A stretch of 64,000 bases of DNA from Candidatus Peregrinibacteria bacterium GW2011_GWC2_39_14 (lineage in GTDB: Bacteria; Patescibacteriota; Gracilibacteria; UBA1369; UBA12463): contig LBWJ01000007.1 of assembly GCA_000993595.1 (NCBI GenBank), forward strand, positions 32,172 to 96,171. Direction: 5' to 3'. Position numbers and translations under genes: made by a program. This document shows, piece by piece, positions 17,821 through 26,666 of this stretch. Position 1 is the stretch's first letter. Every line of letters begins with the position of its first letter. The notes beneath the pieces were generated by a model, which worked only from the letters and a program-made list of their open reading frames with translations, was not told the DNA's origin and made no database searches.

Positions 17821-19026
17821 TTATTCTATAATTTTTGCTACAGATCCGGCACCAACTGTTTTGCCACCTTCACGGATAGCAAATTTTGTACCTTGATCAA
17901 GAGCGACAGGAACGCCGAGCGTGACGACCATCTTGATGTTATCACCGGGCATAACCATTTCAACATTGGCTGGAAGTTCAATTGTACCTGTAACATCTGT
18001 TGTTCTGACATAGAACTGAGGTTTGTAACCTTTAAAGAATGGTGTGTGTCTTCCACCTTCTTCTTTATTTAAGATATAAACTTCAGCGTCAAATTTTGTA
18101 TGAGGCGTAATTGAGCCGGGTTTTGCGATAACTTGTCCGCGTTCGATTTCTTCTCTTTCAATACCGCGGAGAAGGAGACCGACATTATCACCTGCACGTC
18201 CTTCGTCTAGTAATTTTCTGAACATTTCAACTCCTGTGACAACGACTTTCTTTGTTGTTTTGATACCGATGATTTCAACTTCTTCGTTGATTTTCACGAT
18301 ACCTTGTTCAATTCTACCTGTTGCGACTGTTCCTCTACCTTTGATAGAGAAGATGTCTTCAACCGGCATAAGGAAAGGCTTATCGAGCGTTCTGACAGGA
18401 TCTGGAATGTAGCTATCGAGAATTTCTGAAAGTTCGATGATTGGGCCACAATTTGGGCATTCTTTCTTTCCGCAACCACAGTTCATAGCTCCAAGAGCTG
18501 AACCTTTTACGAAAGGAGTTGTGTCTCCAGGGAAGCCGTTTTTCTTAAGAATTTCACGTGTTTCAATTTCTGAAAGTTCTGCAATTTCCTTATCGGCGAT
18601 ATCGATTTTGTTCATGAAAACGACGATATAAGGAACGTTAACCTGATTTGCGAGAAGAACGTGTTCACGTGTTTGTGGCATTGGGCCGTCCGCTGCTGAT
18701 ACGACGAGAATTGCGCCATCCATTTGAGCTGCACCTGTGATCATGTTCTTGATGTAATCGGCATGACCAGGACAGTCAACGTGAGCATAGTGTCTTTTTG
18801 GTGTTTCGTATTCCTGATGTGAAGTTGCGATTGTAATACCGCGGGCTTTCTCTTCAGGAGCATTATCGATCTGATCAAAGTTAATAGCTTTGTTATTTCC
18901 GCCGAAAGCGGCTGCTAAAACTTTCGTGATCGCTGATGTAAGAGTTGTCTTACCATGGTCAACGTGGCCGATCGTACCAACGTTAACGTGCGTTTTCGCT
19001 CGATCAAATTTTTCTTTATCCGCCAT
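17821..19026 (-). CDS. tuf: Elongation factor Tu
   Basis: 401 aa. [22 protein letters not shown]. Domains II and III are conserved. Confidence 0.98.
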   Translation of the reverse strand: MADKEKFDRAKTHVNVGTIGHVDHGKTTLTSAITKVLAAAFGGNNKAINFDQIDNAPEEKARGITIATSHQEYETPKRHYAHVDCPGHADYIKNMITGAAQMDGAILVVSAADGPMPQTREHVLLANQVNVPYIVVFMNKIDIADKEIAELSEIETREILKKNGFPGDTTPFVKGSALGAMNCGCGKKECPNCGPIIELSEILDSYIPDPVRTLDKPFLMPVEDIFSIKGRGTVATGRIEQGIVKINEEVEIIGIKTTKKVVVTGVEMFRKLLDEGRAGDNVGLLLRGIEREEIERGQVIAKPGSITPHTKFDAEVYILNKEEGGRHTPFFKGYKPQFYVRTTDVTGTIELPANVEMVMPGDNIKMVVTLGVPVALDQGTKFAIREGGKTVGAGSVAKIIE

Positions 19027-19126
19027 TTTTTGTGTGGTTAATTGTTAATTTTATATATAAATTTTTTTTGCGAACTTGATTTTATCCAAATTTCCGTGCC
19101 AATGCAAGCCCAAATTGATTATTGGT

Positions 19127-19219
19127 GTCGCTTCGCGACAGGTTTATTTATATCGACCTGTGCGTTTATTTTATATAGACCTGTGTTCTGCTTTGCAGAA
19201 CGGTCTGGCGAGCGGTCTG
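19127..19219 (-). repeat. Intercistronic bipartite hairpin element with a partial internal duplication (fusA to tuf spacer)
   Basis: Module B GTCGC-TTC-GCGAC (19127-19139). The linker plus a GACCTGTG fragment occurs twice. Module A AGACC-TGT-GTTCTGC-TTT-GCAGAAC-GGTCT (19187-19206) is followed by an extra GCGAGCGGTCTG before the fusA stop. Confidence 0.75.
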
Positions 19220-21322
19220 TTATTTCGCTTTCACTCCTGTTTTGTCTGCAATGATTTTTTCAGTGACATTGTTTGGAGCTTTGTCATATTTTCCGAATTC
19301 CATTGAGTAGCTTGCGCGACCTTGTGTCATAGAGCGAAGATCTGTTGCATATCCAAACATGGATGCGAGTGGAACGTATGCTCTGATGAATTTTGCCATA
19401 CCGCGATCTCCACTTTCATAGATTTGGCCTCTTCTTGCGCTCAAATCTCCCATTACGTCTCCAAAATATTGCTCAGGAGTGACTGCTTCAACTTTCATGA
19501 TTGGCTCAAGAATGCATGGATTTGCTCTTTTTGCACCGTTTTGAAAGCCAAGAGAAGCGGCGATTTTGAAGGACATTTCAGACGAGTCAACATCGTGGTA
19601 AGAGCCATCGATGAGCTCAACTTTGACATCCACAACAGGGAATCCTGCGAGAATACCTCTATTAAGAGCTTCTTCAACACCTTTTTTGATTGCAGGGACG
19701 AATTCTTTTGGAACTTTTCCACCAACGATGGAATCTTCGAATTCAAATCCTTTACCTGCTTCATTTGGGATGAGCTTGAATACAACGTGACCATATTGAC
19801 CATGACCACCTGTTTGTTTGACGTATTTTTCTTCGTGTTCGATTTCTTTTTGAATTGTTTCTCGGTAAGCAACTTGAGGCGCGCCGACATTAGCTTCGAC
19901 TTTGAATTCACGTCTTAAGCGGTCAACGATGATATCAAGGTGAAGTTCGCCCATACCTCCAATGACTGTTTGAGAAGTTTCTTCATCAAATCTGACCCGG
20001 AACGTTGGATCTTCTTCTGCGAGTTTTTGAAGAGCAAGTGAGATCTTTTCCTGATCGGCTTTTGTTTTTGGCTCAATTGCGATGTGGATAACAGGTTCCG
20101 GGAAGTTGATTGTTTCAAGTCTGATCGGATGAGCTTCATCGCAAAGTGTGTGGCCTGTTAATGTTTTCTTTAAGCCAATAATTGCGGCAATGTCTCCGGC
20201 TTTTGCTTCCTGAATTTCTTCTCTTGTATTTGAGTGCATACGGACTAAGCGGCTGATTCTTTCTTCATCTCTTGTGACCGAGTTGAAAACGCGGCTACCG
20301 GAAGTGATTTTGCCGGAATAAACGCGGAAATATGCGAGTCTTCCAACAAATGGGTCTGTTGCAATTTTGAATACGAGTGATGAAAATGGTTCTGTGTCTT
20401 TTGGTGAACGCAATTCTTCTTGTTCAGTATATGGATTCATGCCTTTCGTAGGAGGAAGCTCAAGAGGGGATGGAAGATATTCGATAACCGCATCAAGCAT
20501 AAGCTGTACGCCCATGTTTTGAAGAGCGCTTCCGCAAAGTACGGGATATAACTTATCCGCAACAGTGCCTTTTCTTAAGCCGAATTTGATTTCTTCATTT
20601 GTTAATTCTTGTCCTTCAATATATTTTTGCATAAGGCCATCATCGCATTCTGAAGCCTTTTCGATCATTGTATGTCTGAATTTTTCAACTTGTTCTTTCA
20701 TGTCATCCGGAATAGGAATTTCTGTTTTGATTTCTCCGTTTTTGCCTTCAAATCTATAAGCTTTTCTTGTGATGAGATCAATGATTCCACTGAATGTGCC
20801 TTCCGCTCCGATTGGGAGTTGGATTGCAACAGCGTCTTTGCTTAATCTTTCGTGAATGGAATCAAGGCTCATATAAAAGTCTCCACCCATTTTATCCATC
20901 TTATTGACGAATGCTAAGCGTGGAACATTGTATTTATCCGCTTGTCTCCAAACCGTTTCAGATTGAGGTTCGACACCTTGTGATCCGTCGAAAACGACGC
21001 ATCCGCCATCAAGAACTCTTAGCGAGCGTTCAACTTCAGCTGTAAAGTCAACGTGGCCGGGAGTATCAATTAAGTTGATACGATAATCATTCCAGAAACA
21101 AGTTGTGGCTGCTGATGTGATCGTGATGCCACGTTCTCGTTCTTGTTCCATCCAGTCCATAGTTGCGGCGCCATCGTGAACTTCACCTATTTTATAGTTT
21201 CTACCTGTATAAAATAAGACGCGTTCTGAAACTGTTGTTTTTCCTGCGTCAATGTGTGCGATGATTCCTATGTTTCTGTATTTATCCAGCGAAACTTGTT
21301 TAAAATCTTCTTGTTGTGCCAT
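19220..21322 (-). CDS. fusA: Elongation factor G
   Basis: 700 aa. [21 protein letters not shown]. The str-operon order rpsL-rpsG-fusA-tuf is kept. Confidence 0.98.
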   Translation of the reverse strand: MAQQEDFKQVSLDKYRNIGIIAHIDAGKTTVSERVLFYTGRNYKIGEVHDGAATMDWMEQERERGITITSAATTCFWNDYRINLIDTPGHVDFTAEVERSLRVLDGGCVVFDGSQGVEPQSETVWRQADKYNVPRLAFVNKMDKMGGDFYMSLDSIHERLSKDAVAIQLPIGAEGTFSGIIDLITRKAYRFEGKNGEIKTEIPIPDDMKEQVEKFRHTMIEKASECDDGLMQKYIEGQELTNEEIKFGLRKGTVADKLYPVLCGSALQNMGVQLMLDAVIEYLPSPLELPPTKGMNPYTEQEELRSPKDTEPFSSLVFKIATDPFVGRLAYFRVYSGKITSGSRVFNSVTRDEERISRLVRMHSNTREEIQEAKAGDIAAIIGLKKTLTGHTLCDEAHPIRLETINFPEPVIHIAIEPKTKADQEKISLALQKLAEEDPTFRVRFDEETSQTVIGGMGELHLDIIVDRLRREFKVEANVGAPQVAYRETIQKEIEHEEKYVKQTGGHGQYGHVVFKLIPNEAGKGFEFEDSIVGGKVPKEFVPAIKKGVEEALNRGILAGFPVVDVKVELIDGSYHDVDSSEMSFKIAASLGFQNGAKRANPCILEPIMKVEAVTPEQYFGDVMGDLSARRGQIYESGDRGMAKFIRAYVPLASMFGYATDLRSMTQGRASYSMEFGKYDKAPNNVTEKIIADKTGVKAK

Positions 21323-21401
21323 ATTTTGTTGTGTTTAGTTAAAATAAGAAAGTGTAGAAGAGATTCTCTATAAAAGGCATAAATACGAAATAAGAAAGAA
21401 G

Positions 21402-21433
21402 AGAACGTGCGTTCCTTGCGGAACTTCCGTTCT
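21402..21433 (-). repeat. Long nested hairpin directly after the rpsG stop
   Basis: AGAACG-TGC-GTTCC-TTGC-GGAAC-TTC-CGTTCT. Its sequence is unrelated to modules A and B but its placement is the same. Confidence 0.5.
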
Positions 21434-21438
21434 GCTGC

Positions 21439-21894
21439 TTAGAACTTCGCCAAGTGAGCGAACGCTTTATTTGCTTGTGCCATTCTATGTAATTCTTCTT
21501 TTTTCTTGAATGCTGTGCCTTGCTCTGTGAATGCTGCTAAGATTTCTGTTGCGAGTTTTTCAGCGAATCTCCTGCCTTTTGTGTTTCTTGCTGCACCAAT
21601 AATCCATCTGATTGCGAGTGATACTTGTCTTTTTGGATTTACTTCTGATGGGATTTGATAAATTGCACCACCAACTCTTTTTGGTCTGATTTCGAGTTGA
21701 GGCTTGATATTTTCAAGTGCTTTTAAAAATATTTCTTGTGGGTTCTTGCTTTCTTTTTTACCAATTATCTCAAGCATGTCACTAAACAATCTTCTTGCAG
21801 TTGTTTTCTTGCCCTGTTTCATTATGCAGTTTATGAATTTTTCTTGTAACGGGCTTGAATTTTCCGGTATGTAGTAGACTCTTTTCTGTGGCAT
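21439..21894 (-). CDS. rpsG: 30S ribosomal protein S7
   Basis: 151 aa. KFINCIMKQGKKTTA ... LEIRPKRVGGAIYQIP ... NKAFAHLAKF. Confidence 0.95.
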   Translation of the reverse strand: MPQKRVYYIPENSSPLQEKFINCIMKQGKKTTARRLFSDMLEIIGKKESKNPQEIFLKALENIKPQLEIRPKRVGGAIYQIPSEVNPKRQVSLAIRWIIGAARNTKGRRFAEKLATEILAAFTEQGTAFKKKEELHRMAQANKAFAHLAKF

Positions 21895-21927
21895 GTTTGT
21901 TAGAAATTAGTAATTAAAAATTAGAGA

Positions 21928-22341
21928 TTATGCTTTTGGTTTCTTTTGGCCGTATCTTGAGCGGCTTTGTTTTCTGTTTTGTACGCCTTGAGCATCAAGA
22001 CTTCCGCGAACAATGTGATATCCGACACCCGGCAAGTCTTTTACGCGACCTCCGCGGACAAGAACGATTGAGTGTTCCTGAAGATTGTGTCCTTCTCCTG
22101 GAATGTATGCAACAACTTCTGTGCCATTTACCAATCTAACTTTTGCGATTTTACGCAAGGCGGAGTTTGGTTTTTTTGGCGTCATTGTCGTTACCTTGAG
22201 ACAAATGCCTCTTTTAAAAGGCGACATTAAAGGAGTTTTTTTATTCTTCAAGCTATTCCATGTTCCGAATAACGCAGGAGAGCTGCTCCTTTTTGAAGGT
22301 TTTCTTCTTGGCTTCTTTATCAGTTGATTTATTGTTGACAT
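21928..22341 (-). CDS. rpsL: 30S ribosomal protein S12
   Basis: 137 aa. [17 protein letters not shown] ... [30 protein letters not shown]. Confidence 0.97.
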   Translation of the reverse strand: MSTINQLIKKPRRKPSKRSSSPALFGTWNSLKNKKTPLMSPFKRGICLKVTTMTPKKPNSALRKIAKVRLVNGTEVVAYIPGEGHNLQEHSIVLVRGGRVKDLPGVGYHIVRGSLDAQGVQNRKQSRSRYGQKKPKA

Positions 22342-22368
22342 TGCTTGGTTTTGTAAAAATGCTTTGAG

Positions 22369-22397
22369 ATTTTAACTAAAATGTTTTGCTAATGCAA
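22369..22397 (-). promoter_or_regulatory. Candidate str-operon (rpsL) promoter
   Basis: Minus strand TTGCAT (22397-22392), 17-nt spacer, TAAAAT (22374-22369). The ATG lies at 22341. Confidence 0.5.
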
Positions 22398-22404
22398 GGG
22401 AAAA

Positions 22405-22593
22405 TTCTGGTTTAATTTTCAAGATTCAATTTACAATTTACATTCAGTTATCAATTTTCAAGATTTTAATTTTCAGTTAATGCTTTGAATTTTCGCTATA
22501 GCTTGACGTTTTTTGGCTTTTTGACTAGGTTTTTGTTAATTGATAATTGTTTATTGAAAATTGATTGTAAATTGAAATATTGTAAATTGTAAA
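22405..22593. repeat. AT-rich degenerate short-repeat spacer (rpoC to rpsL)
   Basis: AATTTTCAAGATT occurs twice (22413, 22452). Also CAATTTACAATTTACATTCAG and TTGTAAATTGAAATATTGTAAATTGTAAATT. Related strings occur at 1586-1620, 8640-8790 and 26563-26666. Confidence 0.6.
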
Positions 22594-25500
22594 TTAGATG
22601 ATTGGATATAATGTTGAGCTTTCGTTGTATTTCTTCAACATTTCAGGATAATTTTCATCATCTTGCAGTGATTTCTTCTTTAAGCCATGCTTTGTTTCGG
22701 TCATGACTTTCTTTTCCATTTCCGCAACGTCTTCAGGATGTTGCTTTCTGTATGTTTCTCCGGCCGGGATCAATTTGCCGATGATAACGTTTTCTTTAAG
22801 ACCGTTTAATGTATCCACTTTTTTTGTTACAGAAGCTTCAACCAAAACTCTGATTGTTTCTTGGAACGACGCGGCGGAAAGCCAGCTTTCTGCATAAAGA
22901 GCAACGCGAGTAAGACCTAGTAAAAGTCTTTCACCTCTGCATGGAGCTTTGTTCTTTTTTGCAAGTTCTCGATTTGTATTGCTATACGTGATGTAATCAA
23001 TAATTTCACCAGGTAAGAATTCGCAATCTCCGGCTTCCATGATTCTAACTTTTGAGAACATTTGTCTTACGATTACTTCAATATGTTTGTCGTTAATCGT
23101 TTGACCATGCATTGCGTAAATGTTTTTTACTTCGTTCAAAATATATTTTTGAACAGCATATAAATCTGTTAAGCGCATAAGTTCGCGAAGGCTTAAGTGG
23201 CCGCTGCAAATAGGTGCTCCTTGTTCAATGAGTTGGCCATTTTTTACTTTCAAAACTTTTCCGAATGGGATTTCGTAAATTTTTTCAACCGGACCCGATG
23301 TTGTTATTTTGATGCCGTTTAATTCAATTGCTGTGACTTTTCCATCGACATCACTTTTAATAACGCTTTTATTTTCTTCGCTTTTTCCAATAGGTTGTCC
23401 GGCCTTTACTTTATCTCCTTTTTTAACCAAAATTTCTGTTTGTGCCGGAGTATAAAATTCTTTTTCAATTGGCTTTTCAGAATCGATAGTTACTTCAAAT
23501 TGGTTTCCTTTATGATGAATTTTAACTTTTCCCGGAATTTCGGCTAATATTGCAGGATTTTTGACTGATCTGGCTTCAAAAAGTTCTTCAACACGCGTGA
23601 GACCTTGTGTAATATCTCCTTCACCGGCGACACCACCCATGTGGAACGTTCGCATGGTGAGCTGAGTTCCCGGTTCACCAATGGATTGAGCTGCAATGAC
23701 ACCGATTGGCGTTCCGATTCTTACAACTTCATTTGTTCCAAGATCTTTGCCATAACATTTCACACATATACCACCTTCTGTTTGGCATGTAATGACTGAT
23801 CGAATATAAACTTCATCGATCTTATGCTTGTCGATTTTTTCCAAAAGATCGCTTTCGATTTCTGTTCCGGCTTCTGCAATAACTTCACCCGTTTTTTCAT
23901 TTACAAGTGGTTTTGTAAGAATTCTTCCATAAAGTCTTGTCAAATATGGTTCACCAATTATTTCGCTTTCTCCTCGTGATATTTTGTGTGCAACCTTTGT
24001 TCCGCAATCGTATTCTTTGATGACTATATTTTGAACAGTATCAATCAAGCGGCGTGTGAGATAACCGGCTTCAGCTGTTTTAAGGGCTGTATCTGATTTA
24101 CCTTTACGTCCACCGTGTGTGGCGATGAAGTACTCAAGAATCGTGAATCCTTCTTTGAGATTGGATTTGATTGGGAGTTCGATTGTTTTACCGGCTGGGT
24201 TTGCAACGAGACCTTTCATACCACAAAGTTGTGTGACCTGTCCCCAGTTACCACGAGCACCTGAGTCAATCATGTAGTGAATGTTGTTTTCATTCTCGAT
24301 TACATTCGTGAGCGTGTTTGTGATTTCTGCTTTTGCTTGCGACCAAACTTTAACAGTGTTCACATATCTTTCATCGTCCGTGATAAGACCATACCAATAT
24401 TTATTGTTGATCTTCTTGATTATTTCATCTTTTGCTTCAATGATTTGTTCCTTTTCTTTTGGAATAATCATGTCTGAACTGGCGATCGAAATACCTGATT
24501 TTGTCGCATAATAATAACCAAGTTTCTTAAGGCTATCTGACAAAATTGTTGTTACTTCGTTGCCATATTTTTCAAATGCTTCTGCAATGAGTTTGCTTAA
24601 TTTTTTCTTGCCCATTGCCTCGTTGATATACATTATTCCTTCCGGAATGAATGAGTTGAAAATGAGTCTTCCAAGGCTTGTTTCAATGATTTCCGGCTTT
24701 CCGTTTTTATTTACATCAACGCGTGCTTTGATTTTCGCTTGGATGTGTAAGTGATCCATTTGATGTGCGATCATCGCTTCTTCAAGGCTTCCGAATACCA
24801 TGCCTTCGCCTGGTTTCTTTTCAACCATTTTTGTTAAATAGTAGCAACCAAGAATAATGTCTTGAGTTGGAGCAATTGTAGGATGTCCATCTGAAGGTTT
24901 AAGAAGATTTTTATTTGCTGCAATAAGTTCTTTTGCTTCGATTTGTGCTTGTTTTGAAAGGGGAATATGGATAGCCATTTGGTCTCCATCAAAGTCGGCG
25001 TTGAAAGCGGCACAAACGAGTGGATGAACTTGGATAGCTTTACCTTCAACAAGTACAGGTTGGAAAGCTTGAATACCAAGTCTGTGAAGTGTTGGAGCAC
25101 GATTGAGAAGAACGTAATGATCTTGCGTTACTTCTTCAAGAATATCCCAAACTTCTTTTCTTCCGTTTTGAATTAATTTTTCAGCATTTTTAATATTGTG
25201 TGCGTGTCCGTCTCTAATGAGTCTTCCGATTACAAATGGTTTGAAAAGTTCAAGTGCCATTGTTTTTGGAACACCGCATTGATTGAGTTTTAATTTTGGA
25301 CCAATAACGATAACCGAGCGACCGGAATAGTCGACACGTTTACCGAGAAGGTTTTGTCTAAAGCGACCTTGTTTACCTTTAAGCATTTCGGAAAGTGAGC
25401 GAAGTTTTCTTTTTTCTCCTGTTGAGAAAACTGTGCGTCCTGTGCGTGCGCTGTTGTTCAAAAGTGCATCGACAGCTTCTTGAAGCATACGTTTTTCATT

Positions 25501-26553
25501 GCGGCAGATAACTTCAGGAGCACCGATTGCGATAAGTCTTTTTAAGCGATTGTTTCTGTTGATGATTCTTCTATAAAGATCATTCAAATCTGATGTTGCG
25601 AAGCGTCCACCATCAAGTTGAACCATTGGGCGAAGATCAGGAGGAAGAACAGGCAAAACTGTCAGAATCATCCATTCCGGTTTGATGTCGTTTTTGAATA
25701 AACCACCGATCAACTTGATTCTTTTTAAAAGTTTTTTCTGTTTTTGGCCACTCGTTTTTTTGGCTTCTATATTTGTTTCTTTCAAGATTTTTTCAAGATC
25801 CAATTTTGCAAGCAAGTTGCGGATTGCTTCTGCGCCTGTTTCCGCTTTGAAGATATGTCCGAATTTAACAGACATATTTCTATATTCCATTTCAATGTAA
25901 ATTTTGCCGACTTTAATGCCGTCCAATTCTTCTTTTGCTATGGAATGTTGATGATCGAGTTCTTCAAGTTTTGTGACGAATTCTTTTTCAACTTCTGAAC
26001 GTTTTTCCAAATCTTCAACTGCTCCAATTGCTTCTTTGGCATCGTCTTGAATGCGTTTTCTGTGTGATTTGTATTCATTCTGAAGTTCCGCTTTTGATGT
26101 TTCTTTGGCTTTTAAGTCAACTTCTGTGGCAATGTATGCCGCAAAATAAATAACCTGTTCAATTGCTTTGATTGGAAGGCCAAGCAATAAACCGACGCGG
26201 CTTGGTGTTGATCTTAAATACCAAATGTGTGAAACAGGAACAGCAAGTTTCAAGTGCCCCATTCTTTCACGTCTGACGCTTGATCTTGTAACTTCAACTC
26301 CACACTTTTCACAGATGACGCCTTTGTATCTGATTCTTTTATATTTGCCACAATAACATTCCCAGTTTTTTGTAGGGCCAAATATTTTTTCACAGAACAA
26401 GCCATCTCTTTCCGGTTTTTGTGTTCTATAGTTGATTGTTTCCGGTTTTTTTACTTCACCATGTGACCACGAAAGTATTGTTTCCGGTGATGCAACCGAT
26501 ACCGTGATGGCATCAAAATTATCAAGAGTTGTTATTTTTGGAGCATTTTCCAT
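22594..26553 (-). CDS. rpoC: DNA-directed RNA polymerase subunit beta'
   Basis: 1319 aa. Zn motif CYCGKYKRIRYKGVICEKCGVEV and catalytic motif NADFDGDQMA. Confidence 0.98.
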   Translation of the reverse strand: MENAPKITTLDNFDAITVSVASPETILSWSHGEVKKPETINYRTQKPERDGLFCEKIFGPTKNWECYCGKYKRIRYKGVICEKCGVEVTRSSVRRERMGHLKLAVPVSHIWYLRSTPSRVGLLLGLPIKAIEQVIYFAAYIATEVDLKAKETSKAELQNEYKSHRKRIQDDAKEAIGAVEDLEKRSEVEKEFVTKLEELDHQHSIAKEELDGIKVGKIYIEMEYRNMSVKFGHIFKAETGAEAIRNLLAKLDLEKILKETNIEAKKTSGQKQKKLLKRIKLIGGLFKNDIKPEWMILTVLPVLPPDLRPMVQLDGGRFATSDLNDLYRRIINRNNRLKRLIAIGAPEVICRNEKRMLQEAVDALLNNSARTGRTVFSTGEKRKLRSLSEMLKGKQGRFRQNLLGKRVDYSGRSVIVIGPKLKLNQCGVPKTMALELFKPFVIGRLIRDGHAHNIKNAEKLIQNGRKEVWDILEEVTQDHYVLLNRAPTLHRLGIQAFQPVLVEGKAIQVHPLVCAAFNADFDGDQMAIHIPLSKQAQIEAKELIAANKNLLKPSDGHPTIAPTQDIILGCYYLTKMVEKKPGEGMVFGSLEEAMIAHQMDHLHIQAKIKARVDVNKNGKPEIIETSLGRLIFNSFIPEGIMYINEAMGKKKLSKLIAEAFEKYGNEVTTILSDSLKKLGYYYATKSGISIASSDMIIPKEKEQIIEAKDEIIKKINNKYWYGLITDDERYVNTVKVWSQAKAEITNTLTNVIENENNIHYMIDSGARGNWGQVTQLCGMKGLVANPAGKTIELPIKSNLKEGFTILEYFIATHGGRKGKSDTALKTAEAGYLTRRLIDTVQNIVIKEYDCGTKVAHKISRGESEIIGEPYLTRLYGRILTKPLVNEKTGEVIAEAGTEIESDLLEKIDKHKIDEVYIRSVITCQTEGGICVKCYGKDLGTNEVVRIGTPIGVIAAQSIGEPGTQLTMRTFHMGGVAGEGDITQGLTRVEELFEARSVKNPAILAEIPGKVKIHHKGNQFEVTIDSEKPIEKEFYTPAQTEILVKKGDKVKAGQPIGKSEENKSVIKSDVDGKVTAIELNGIKITTSGPVEKIYEIPFGKVLKVKNGQLIEQGAPICSGHLSLRELMRLTDLYAVQKYILNEVKNIYAMHGQTINDKHIEVIVRQMFSKVRIMEAGDCEFLPGEIIDYITYSNTNRELAKKNKAPCRGERLLLGLTRVALYAESWLSAASFQETIRVLVEASVTKKVDTLNGLKENVIIGKLIPAGETYRKQHPEDVAEMEKKVMTETKHGLKKKSLQDDENYPEMLKKYNESSTLYPII

Positions 26554-26562
26554 ATGTATATG

Positions 26563-26666
26563 TTTTAAAGTTTACAATTTACGAATTTATAATTTACATT
26601 CAATTTTTAATTTTCAATTATCAAGTTTCAATAGGATCTTTGACAGCATTGCTTATTGATAATTGA
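26563..26666. repeat. AT-rich degenerate short-repeat spacer (rpoB to rpoC)
   Basis: TTTACAATTTACGAATTTATAATTTACATTCAATTTTTAATTTTCAATTATCAAGTTTCAAT. It shares ATTTACATTCAATTTT with 8660-8680. Confidence 0.6.

Noticed and set aside
19322-19918. 198-aa plus-strand ORF antisense to fusA, and 181-aa ORF 29536-30081 antisense to rpoB
   Set aside because: They overlap highly conserved coding sequence on the other strand. They have no start context, promoter or recognisable motifs, so they are shadow ORFs.
22405-26666. Possibility that the AT-rich short repeats in the 22.4-22.6 kb and 26.56-26.67 kb spacers are CRISPR arrays
   Set aside because: The repeats are degenerate, 8-16 nt long and irregularly spaced, without unique spacers of constant length. 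No cas genes are present in the window.
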